The notes under the pieces were generated by a model, which was not told the DNA's origin, made no database searches, and saw only the letters and a list, made by a program, of their open reading frames with translations. From a virus (taxonomy: Duplodnaviria > Caudoviricetes): a stretch of DNA of 39,933 bases. Where the stretch lies: the IMG/VR virus record IMGVR_UViG_3300032232_000427, positions 1 through 39,933 of that record; one strand, written 5' to 3'. Of this stretch, positions 9,611 through 17,059 are shown in pieces; within the stretch, counting starts at the first letter, position 1, and every line of letters begins with the position of its first letter. A program made the translations under genes and the position numbers.

Positions 9611-11236
9611 ATGAGCGAACAATATCCTGGCGGGTTTATAACCAAGTCTCCTACGGAACCTACAACTACGGTAGCTAAAGGGATGTGGACGCTGAGCCAA
9701 GCTGCGGGTTACCGTAAGCAAAACTTGTGGCCAACTTCACCTGGAGCACCAACGATAGGTACTGTCACAGCTACGGGTTTGTCTGCTTCGGTGCCGTTTA
9801 CAGCGCCTGCAGATACCGGAAGTAGTGCTATTACAACTTACACGGCTACTTCTAGTCCCGGCGGTATTACTGCGTCTAGCGCAACTTCTCCAATCACAGT
9901 GAGCGGTTTGACAAACAACACGACTTACACTTTTACTGTAACCGCCACTAACGGTGCAGGCACGGGTCCTGCAAGTGCAGTTAGCAACTCGGTGTTGATT
10001 AGTATTGAACCTAGTTGGCTTACAAAAACCGCTATTACTGGAACATCAAGCTACGATAACCGAGCTTCTAATGCTGCCGGCGTGTATCAAGGAAATGCAG
10101 TGATTGGCGGATATATTATGTCTAGCGGTTATCAAAAAGCATCACTAGCTTATTTCAACACCGATGGCGCTCTTCAATGGTCTAAATCTTTAAGTACAAG
10201 CAGCACTTCTAACGGACAAATTTATTCAACTTTTTTTGACACATCTGGTAACTTGTATGCTACCGGTATTACAGATACTCTCAGCGGGGGTATTTTGTAT
10301 AAATTTAATTCTTCTGGCACAGCGCTAGGAGAATATAAAATTAACGTGTCTGAAGGCTTTACTTCTGGCGTTGCAGATTCTTCTGGAAACATTTATCTTG
10401 TCGGCAGTACAGCTGCTCGGCTTGTGATAATAAAGTTGAATTCTTCATTTGTTATACAGTGGCAGCGGGGCTACACAATCACTGGACCCCAACCCTCTAT
10501 GCAACCTAGAAAAATAACTATAGATTCTTCCGGTAACGTATACGCTACGTTTCGTTGGTTTGCTGATTCTAGTGACATCGTTAACGAAGGTTTTCCTACA
10601 GTTATTAAATATGATAGCTCAGGTACGTTTCAATGGGTTCGTACCGTTAGCGGTAATGACACTTATAAATACGTACAAGACGCAGGTGGAGTCACGGTTG
10701 ATAGCTCCGGAAACGTGTACTACATCCACACCCTTCGTAACGTAGGTTTCAGCTTGCCGGTTGTAACTAAGTTTAATTCTTCCGGTACTTGGCAATGGAC
10801 TAAGGGTAATGGAGCCGGTAACTACGGATATAGTATGGCAGTTGACGCTAGCAATAATATTTATTTTGCCCAAGCTCAAGGTATCTTCAAAATGACTAGC
10901 GCTGGTGTTGGAATATGGGGTATGACTTCAAACCAGGAAATGGGCAATTTGTATTTAGACGCCGGAACCGGAACCGGCGCAAGTCTTTATGTCGGAGGTT
11001 ATACTGACAACGGGTGGATAGGATATAAACTTCCAACTAACACGCCAAAAACAGGTACGTATGTCGTTGGTTCTACTACATTTGTTTTGACTTCAGTTTC
11101 AAACACCCTTACTGACAAGGCCGTTACAGTTTCAACTCCTGGTTTCTCTTCGTCAACTACGTCTCACACCATCAGCGCCGCCGGGTTTAGTTTTGCAAAT
11201 GCCGGTTTTACAGCAACCACTGTGTCATTGAACTAA
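9611..11236 (+). CDS. Tail/receptor-binding protein: FN3 plus beta-propeller (SBBP-like repeats)
   Basis: FN3 signature followed by about five DxSGN(L/I/V)Y ... KxNSSGxxQW blades; AAGGA SD. Confidence 0.85.
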   Translation: MSEQYPGGFITKSPTEPTTTVAKGMWTLSQAAGYRKQNLWPTSPGAPTIGTVTATGLSASVPFTAPADTGSSAITTYTATSSPGGITASSATSPITVSGLTNNTTYTFTVTATNGAGTGPASAVSNSVLISIEPSWLTKTAITGTSSYDNRASNAAGVYQGNAVIGGYIMSSGYQKASLAYFNTDGALQWSKSLSTSSTSNGQIYSTFFDTSGNLYATGITDTLSGGILYKFNSSGTALGEYKINVSEGFTSGVADSSGNIYLVGSTAARLVIIKLNSSFVIQWQRGYTITGPQPSMQPRKITIDSSGNVYATFRWFADSSDIVNEGFPTVIKYDSSGTFQWVRTVSGNDTYKYVQDAGGVTVDSSGNVYYIHTLRNVGFSLPVVTKFNSSGTWQWTKGNGAGNYGYSMAVDASNNIYFAQAQGIFKMTSAGVGIWGMTSNQEMGNLYLDAGTGTGASLYVGGYTDNGWIGYKLPTNTPKTGTYVVGSTTFVLTSVSNTLTDKAVTVSTPGFSSSTTSHTISAAGFSFANAGFTATTVSLN

Positions 11237-11248
11237 AAAGGATAAGAA

Positions 11249-11479
11249 ATGGCACTCGAGATCGACCCAGTTAAGTACGGCGTGCTTTGGCAGAAAGTCG
11301 AAGATTATGAACGCCGCTTTGACGATATGTCAAAGAAGATGGACAAGATGGAGAGCCAGCTTGAACAGCTGGTCGGTCTTGCTAATCAAGGGCGCGGTGG
11401 CTTCTGGGCGGGCATGGCTTTCGTATCCGCTTTGTCTAGCGCTGTAGGCTTTTTCTTTAGCTGGATGAAAGACCGTTAA
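11249..11479 (+). CDS. Coiled-coil protein with C-terminal transmembrane helix (lysis-cassette accessory)
   Basis: Heptad-like FDDMSKKMDKMESQLEQL and hydrophobic GGFWAGMAFVSALSSAVGFFF; upstream of the holin and endolysin. Confidence 0.65.
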   Translation: MALEIDPVKYGVLWQKVEDYERRFDDMSKKMDKMESQLEQLVGLANQGRGGFWAGMAFVSALSSAVGFFFSWMKDR

Positions 11480-11480
11480 T

Positions 11481-11753
11481 ATGAACTGGGCAGACGTACT
11501 CAAGGCGGTAATACCGATCATCGTAGCGTCACTTGCGTGGCTGCTCGGTCAGGTCAATGATTTTTCTACCCGCCTGACAAAAATTGAAGGCGCGATGCCC
11601 GCTCTCATTACTAAAGAAGGCGTCCCCACTGACAGCCCTATTTCTGCAGAGCGCCGAGCAACTCAGAAAGAGGCATTGATGTTGCACATCAACGAGTTGC
11701 AGGTCAAAGTCAGACTGCTTGAAGAACGCGAAAAAATGGGGAAAAAACCATGA
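11481..11753 (+). CDS. Small protein with N-terminal transmembrane helix (lysis-cassette accessory)
   Basis: VLKAVIPIIVASLAWLLG hydrophobic segment plus a C-terminal coiled-coil. Confidence 0.6.
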   Translation: MNWADVLKAVIPIIVASLAWLLGQVNDFSTRLTKIEGAMPALITKEGVPTDSPISAERRATQKEALMLHINELQVKVRLLEEREKMGKKP

Positions 11754-12268
11754 TTCCAATCGTTGCATCACTCCTTGGTACCTTGGCTCAGAACGGTCTG
11801 GGCCTTTTGTCTTCTGCAATTCAAGCAAAGGGCAAGCAAGTCGTTGAAGACGCTCTCGGCGTAAAGATTTCTGATAACCCATCGGACGCTGAAGTTTCCA
11901 AACTACGCCAGTTACAGTTTGACCACGAAGAGCGCCTACTTGAGTTAGGTATTGAGAAAGCTCGTATTGAGCAAGAAGAATTACAAGCCCTGCTCAAAGC
12001 GCAAGCTAATCAAGAAGACAACGTGTCCAAGCGTTGGCAAGCAGACATGAGTTCTGATTCATGGCTGTCCAAAAACATTCGCCCCGGCACGTTGATCTAT
12101 ATATTGACAGCTTACTTGCTGTTTGCTGGTCTCAGCGCGGCGGGTATCGAGGTTAACGAAGCCTACGTCGCCCTGTTGGGTCAATGGGGTATGCTGGTTA
12201 TGACTGCGTACTTTGGCGGGCGCACTGTTGAAAAAGTCATGGAAATGCGTAAAAAGGACAAAGAATGA
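11750..12268 (+). CDS. Holin (3TM gene-transfer-agent-release holin-like)
   Basis: RWQADMSSDSWLSKNIRP and AYFGGRTVEK motifs flank hydrophobic helices; adjacent to the endolysin. Confidence 0.75.
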   Translation: MIPIVASLLGTLAQNGLGLLSSAIQAKGKQVVEDALGVKISDNPSDAEVSKLRQLQFDHEERLLELGIEKARIEQEELQALLKAQANQEDNVSKRWQADMSSDSWLSKNIRPGTLIYILTAYLLFAGLSAAGIEVNEAYVALLGQWGMLVMTAYFGGRTVEKVMEMRKKDKE

Positions 12269-12603
12269 GCTTAAGTAACGAACAAGCCGCGTTCTTACTT
12301 GACGCGTGCAAACTTATTCAGTACGCCACTGCGCAAGGTTTTATGGTGACCGGCGGTGAGCTGTCACGCACTCCGGAGCAACAAGCGCTGCACGTTAAAG
12401 CAGGGCGCTCTAAGACTATGAACAGCGTACACCTCAAGCGGTGTGCTATAGACCTGAACTTCTTTAGAAGTGGGAAGATCATTTGGGATAAAGACGCGCT
12501 AGCGCCTTTAGGTGCTTATTGGGAGACGCTACACCCTAAAAACCGATGGGGTGGTAATTTCAAATCGTTAGTAGATTGTCCTCATTTTGAAAGAAATGTT
12601 TGA
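12265..12603 (+). CDS. Endolysin, M15-family Zn peptidase (L-Ala-D-Glu peptidase-like)
   Basis: RTPEQQ, SxH-x6-D (NSVHLKRCAID), RWGGNF and DxPHFE zinc-ligand motifs. Confidence 0.9.
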   Translation: MSLSNEQAAFLLDACKLIQYATAQGFMVTGGELSRTPEQQALHVKAGRSKTMNSVHLKRCAIDLNFFRSGKIIWDKDALAPLGAYWETLHPKNRWGGNFKSLVDCPHFERNV

Positions 12604-12632
12604 TTACCTGAAGCGTGAATCACTATAAAAAG

Positions 12633-12662
12633 TTGCCTTGAACTTGGTTTCAAGGTTATAAT
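12633..12662 (+). promoter_or_regulatory. Sigma70-like promoter with an overlapping palindrome
   Basis: TTGCCT (12633-12638), 18 nt, TATAAT (12657-12662); inverted repeat CCTTGAA-N6-TTCAAGG at 12636-12655. Confidence 0.65.
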
Positions 12663-12678
12663 TCATCAAAACGGCGCA

Positions 12679-12695
12679 TGCTGAATCAGCTGCTA
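12679..12695 (+). promoter_or_regulatory. Leader hairpin element copy 2 (T-GCTG-AAT-CAGC-TGCTA)
   Basis: Same length and nearly the same distance from TATAAT as copy 1. Confidence 0.45.
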
Positions 12696-12712
12696 ATACC
12701 CATGGAGTATTT

Positions 12713-13345
12713 ATGAGCTATAGCATGACGTACGACAGTCTGCTGGTGGACGTGAGGCGCTATCTTGAACGTGGTTTCACGCAGGAAAGCGATCAAATTG
12801 TTTATGACCAGCTTCCGCGCCTAGTTACGCTAGGTGAGCGTCGTATCGCCCGTGAACTTAAAATTGAAGGTTTTATTCGCGCAGTGACTACGCCGCTCTC
12901 AGCGGGGGTAGCTGTTTATCTGAAGCCTGACCGCTGGCGCGATACCGTAAGTATGACTGTTGACGGTGTTCCTATTTTTGCTCGCTCATACGAATACCTG
13001 CGTAACTACTGGCCGGTTGAAACTCAAACCGGCAACCCTGCGTACTACGCTGATTACGATTTTCAACACTGGCTTATAACCCCGACCCCAGCCACCGCGA
13101 AGACGCTTGAAATTTTATACTACGAGCAGCCGCGTTTCCTGGGTGATGATTTCCAAACAAACTGGCTCACTGAATACGCGCCTGACGTGTTGCTTTACGC
13201 AACCCTGCTGGAAGCTACCCCGTTCCTCAAAAGTGACGAGCGTATTCAGACGTGGCAAGGAATGTACGACCGTGCTGCTCAGGCTCTCAACGGGGAAGAC
13301 CTCAAGCGCATCATGGATCGCTCAGCAAACAGGAGTGAAGCGTAA
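12713..13345 (+). CDS. Head-tail adaptor / tail tubular protein A-like
   Basis: LGERRIARELK, PAYYA...ITPTP and NWLTEYAPDVLLYATLLEA motifs typical of podovirus adaptors; GGAG SD. Confidence 0.7.
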   Translation: MSYSMTYDSLLVDVRRYLERGFTQESDQIVYDQLPRLVTLGERRIARELKIEGFIRAVTTPLSAGVAVYLKPDRWRDTVSMTVDGVPIFARSYEYLRNYWPVETQTGNPAYYADYDFQHWLITPTPATAKTLEILYYEQPRFLGDDFQTNWLTEYAPDVLLYATLLEATPFLKSDERIQTWQGMYDRAAQALNGEDLKRIMDRSANRSEA

Positions 13346-14544
13346 TGCCTATCTATAATGACGTCTTTGGTGGCGCGAATATTTACCCCAGTGAGATTAG
13401 TTATAGTTCGGTGGCGTTGTCCACGAACATCGTTCTCAGCTGGCCGACCGAAACCTCAACCAGCGTAAACCTTGCGACCCGCATCATGGACGTCACGGCG
13501 TCCTCGGCAGGGTTGTTTATTACGTTGCCCGATGCCTCTAAAACAGGTACGGGTAATACGATCCTTTTCAACAACCAAGGCGCTCAAACTTTTGTAGTTA
13601 GAGACGCCGCCAATGTTCAAGTCGTTTCTATCCCTGCGGGCACTGTGTGGCAGGTCTATCTGACCAACAACTCTACGGTGGCGGGAACATGGGAGACGCT
13701 ACAGTTCGGCTCTACGACTTCTACTGCGAACGCTTCTGCACTCGCCGGAACGGGTATTGTAGCTGTAGGTGCTCTGCTTTCTCAGTCTGTACCTATTACC
13801 GCGTTTAATAGTAATTACACGTCTGCATTAGCTGACCGTGCTAAGATGTTTAACTGGACAGGTGCGGGCGGCACGCTCACGCTGCCCGACCCTACGATCG
13901 TAAGCAATAACTGGTTTATCTATTTGCGCAACTCCGGTAGCGGCGCTATCGTAGCTGACGCTCCCGGTGTGACTACCATTGACGGTGCAACTTCCCTTAG
14001 TTTTCAACCCGGTGAGTCAGCAATCATCGCCTGTGACGGCGTTAATTTCTACACTATCGGCTTCGGTAAGTCTGCCGTGTTTGCGTTTGACTACACCGTT
14101 ATCGCCGTGGGTGGCACAGGTAACTACACGTTGACCGGTACTGAACTCAACCGGGTGTCATACCGTTTTACCGGAGTGCTGACAGGTAACCGGAACATCA
14201 TCGTACCCGCTACGGTGCAGCAATATTGGGTTGATAACCAAACCACTGGCGCGTATACTTTTACGGTAAAAACACCGGCGGGTTTAGGGGTTACTCTTGC
14301 TAGCGGCTCTCGAACCATTATGTATAGCGATGGAACCGACGTGTTACGCGCTGATACTTTTTCAGCTTCTTTCCCTATCGCGGTTAATCAGGGTGGAACG
14401 GGGGCAACTACGGCAGGGGCAGCTTTGATCAATTTAGGCGGCACTTCAGTAGGTATCGGTGTGTTCACTGCGGCAGACGGAGCGGCGGCTTACGCGGCGC
14501 TAGGTGCTCTACCGGCGGGTGTTGTTAACGGCGGGACGTTCTAA
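13345..14544 (+). CDS. Tail fibre/spike-type virion protein
   Basis: Repeated TLP...N modules, fibre motif PIAVNQGGTGATTAGAALINLG, C-terminal NGGTF; TAATG overlaps at both ends. Confidence 0.7.
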   Translation: MPIYNDVFGGANIYPSEISYSSVALSTNIVLSWPTETSTSVNLATRIMDVTASSAGLFITLPDASKTGTGNTILFNNQGAQTFVVRDAANVQVVSIPAGTVWQVYLTNNSTVAGTWETLQFGSTTSTANASALAGTGIVAVGALLSQSVPITAFNSNYTSALADRAKMFNWTGAGGTLTLPDPTIVSNNWFIYLRNSGSGAIVADAPGVTTIDGATSLSFQPGESAIIACDGVNFYTIGFGKSAVFAFDYTVIAVGGTGNYTLTGTELNRVSYRFTGVLTGNRNIIVPATVQQYWVDNQTTGAYTFTVKTPAGLGVTLASGSRTIMYSDGTDVLRADTFSASFPIAVNQGGTGATTAGAALINLGGTSVGIGVFTAADGAAAYAALGALPAGVVNGGTF

Positions 14545-16391
14545 TGCCTGATACTACTGTCGTCCTCAAGTCTGTGCCCGGCATCAAGCGGGACGGGACT
14601 AAGTTTGAAGGTGATTTTTACACCGACGGGCAATGGGTGCGTTGGCAACGCGGGTTGCCGCGCAAAATTGGTGGTTACAAATCGACACAAAAGTATTTAT
14701 CAGAAATAAGCCGTGGGTTTTCTAACTTTACTCAGCAAGAGTACGTCTACTGTCACTCTGGTAGTGCCACAAAATTAGAGCGTTTCACATTAGACATCAC
14801 CGGCAACAGCTCTGTTATTAGCAATCGAACTCCTACCGCTGTTCAATCTGTCGGTAGTGTAACCCTACTTACAGGTGCTGCTGGCTCTGTTGATAGCATA
14901 ACAGTCGGCGGCGTTAACATCATGTCAGGCTCTGTTGCTTACACAACCAGTTTAGCTGCAACAGCTACTGCGGTGGCTGCTAACATCACGGCTTACACGT
15001 CTAGCCCTAATTATTCTGCGGTTGCTGTGGGTGCGCAAATCAATATCACTGCGACGCTTGCAGGTTCTGCGCCTAACGGCTTGCCGGTTGTGGCCACGGC
15101 AACAACAATCACCACGTCTAAGGTAGACATGTACGGCGGGTCTGACGCGCTTGTAAATGACGTTAAAAACATGTGGATGTTTGACTACCAGTATGACTCT
15201 TCTACAAACCAGAACTACATCATCGCTCACGTTGCTCCTAACTTAGAAAGCATTTCTAATAGTATTGGTGGTCAAATATTTTTCGGTGAGGTGTTGGGTA
15301 CCGGTGTTTTGCAGTCAATCAATTTACCAGCTAACACAAACTGCACAGGCGGTATCGTCTCACTACACCCGTATTTATTCTACTACGGCACCGACGGTAT
15401 CATCGGCTGGTCTGTGCCCGGTGAGCCGACCAATTTGACCGAAACCGGTGCGGGCGCTGGGGTGGCTCGCGTCTGGGGTCAAAAGATCATCAAGGGTTTA
15501 CCCTTACGCGCTGGTTCGGGCACAGCTCCTGCCGGTATCTTCTGGGCGTATGACGCTGTTATCCGAGCAACCTTTACGGGCGGTGCTGCGGTGTTTCAGT
15601 TTGACATCGTTGCAACTGATACATCAATCATATCTGAGAACGCCGTCGTAGACTATGATGGCGTGTTTTTCTGGGCAGGGGTCGACCGATTCTTAATGTT
15701 TAACGGCGTGGTACGTGAAGTGCCGAACGCCATGAACCTGAACTACTTCTTTGATGGCCTCAACAAGCGTGAGCGGGACAAAGTTTTTGCTTACAAAGTG
15801 CCGCGTTACGGCGAGATCTGGTGGTGCTACCCTCGGGGTGAGGCTACTGAATGTACGCACGCGGTTATTTATAACGTACGTGAAAACACATGGTATGACA
15901 CAGAGCTGCCCGCTAACGGTCGCGCTGCCGGGGCTTTTAACAATGCTTTCGCCGCGCCTATTTTAGCTGGCGCAGTCGGCGCAGGTAATGATTACCGCGT
16001 ATGGGTTCAAGAGCAAGGCGTTGACGAGATTGACGGGCAGGTTATCAACCCAATCCGTTCTTATTTTGAAACAGCTGACCTGTCATCTCTGACCCAAGGT
16101 AAGAATGAGTATTTGCGCATCACCCGTATTGAACCTGACTTTGTGCAGAACGGCGACATGACTGTGCAGGTTACCGGACGCGCTAACGCTAGAGCGCCTG
16201 AAGTCTTTAGTTCGACTTTCACATTTGTTGACCCGAGCAACGTCAACGAACCGTATCAAGAAATTGTCATGCTCAAAGAGCAGCGCCGGGAACTCCGTGT
16301 GCGCTTTGAATCAAATGAAGTTTACGGCGACTATCAGATGGGTCAAATCATCGGTCACGTATCTATTGGCGACAAGACGGTGCTGGGATGA
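14544..16391 (+). CDS. Tail nozzle / DNA stabilization protein (P22 gp10 / tail tubular B-like beta-propeller)
   Basis: PGIKRDGT, VRW..GLPRKIGG, FLMFNGVVREVP, GEIWWCYP...AVIYNVRENTWY, RIEPDF motifs; lies between the adaptor and ejection genes. Confidence 0.7.
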   Translation: MPDTTVVLKSVPGIKRDGTKFEGDFYTDGQWVRWQRGLPRKIGGYKSTQKYLSEISRGFSNFTQQEYVYCHSGSATKLERFTLDITGNSSVISNRTPTAVQSVGSVTLLTGAAGSVDSITVGGVNIMSGSVAYTTSLAATATAVAANITAYTSSPNYSAVAVGAQINITATLAGSAPNGLPVVATATTITTSKVDMYGGSDALVNDVKNMWMFDYQYDSSTNQNYIIAHVAPNLESISNSIGGQIFFGEVLGTGVLQSINLPANTNCTGGIVSLHPYLFYYGTDGIIGWSVPGEPTNLTETGAGAGVARVWGQKIIKGLPLRAGSGTAPAGIFWAYDAVIRATFTGGAAVFQFDIVATDTSIISENAVVDYDGVFFWAGVDRFLMFNGVVREVPNAMNLNYFFDGLNKRERDKVFAYKVPRYGEIWWCYPRGEATECTHAVIYNVRENTWYDTELPANGRAAGAFNNAFAAPILAGAVGAGNDYRVWVQEQGVDEIDGQVINPIRSYFETADLSSLTQGKNEYLRITRIEPDFVQNGDMTVQVTGRANARAPEVFSSTFTFVDPSNVNEPYQEIVMLKEQRRELRVRFESNEVYGDYQMGQIIGHVSIGDKTVLG

Positions 16392-16624
16392 GCAACCTGC
16401 GCGTTACTCTACCGACGTATATGGGTCTGCGTGACTGGGCTGACCAGGTCACACTAGACTTTGATTCTTACGGCGCGTTCGGTCGGTTAGATGACGTTAA
16501 CGAATGGCAGAATTGGGCAATGCAGTTTTTGAATATCATGTCGCTGAAAGAGAACTTCCCTAACCCGTATCAGTTTGAAGACTGGCGGGAGTGGGCTGAA
16601 AGGTTCTGTCAGGCGGCTGAGTAA
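16388..16624 (+). CDS. Small Trp-rich hypothetical virion-module protein
   Basis: ATGA and TAATG overlaps with its neighbours; repeated W-x-x-WA pattern. Confidence 0.7.
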   Translation: MSNLRVTLPTYMGLRDWADQVTLDFDSYGAFGRLDDVNEWQNWAMQFLNIMSLKENFPNPYQFEDWREWAERFCQAAE

Positions 16625-17058
16625 TGCGGTTTATTGGGTTTGAACGCGAAGACGAAGCAGAGGCTTGGGCGCGTGCAAGACTTGAGCTTGAAAACAAGCC
16701 AGAGTTCTTCAGAACACTGGTGGCGGTTGATGAGAATGATGAGTTTGTGTGCGTGGTAGTGATGACTAATTTCACACCGCGCAATATTGACCTCAGCATT
16801 GTTATTGACCACAGGAAAGTAACGCCGAAAGGCACGATTGAGATGTTTAATGAGGTTTTTGGTTTCGTGTTTGACAAGCTGCGTGCGGCACGGGTTACCG
16901 GGTTGCTGCGTGGTAAAAACAAACGGGCTAAAAAACTCAATGAGCATTTTGGGTTTAAGTTAGAAGGCGTGATGCGTAAAGCGTTTGCTGACGACGATTT
17001 ACACATCTACGGCTTTTTAGCTGAGGATTATCATTCACACGTTTGGTACAGAGGTTAA
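16624..17058 (+). CDS. GNAT-fold acetyltransferase-like protein preceding the ejection genes
   Basis: C-terminal RVTGL...NKRAKKLNEHFGFKLEGVMRKAF is a RimJ/RimL-type GNAT motif; position matches the GNAT-like gene ahead of internal virion genes in podoviruses. Confidence 0.8.
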   Translation: MRFIGFEREDEAEAWARARLELENKPEFFRTLVAVDENDEFVCVVVMTNFTPRNIDLSIVIDHRKVTPKGTIEMFNEVFGFVFDKLRAARVTGLLRGKNKRAKKLNEHFGFKLEGVMRKAFADDDLHIYGFLAEDYHSHVWYRG

Positions 17059-17059
17059 T

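Noticed and set aside
6213-11236. Diversity-generating retroelement acting on the receptor-binding genes
   Set aside because: No reverse transcriptase ORF and no template/variable repeat pair differing at adenines was noticed.
16624-17058. GNAT as the acetyltransferase step of a PaMx11-type modification pathway
   Set aside because: It lies in the virion operon at the usual position before ejection genes, 15 kb from the cluster and on the other strand.
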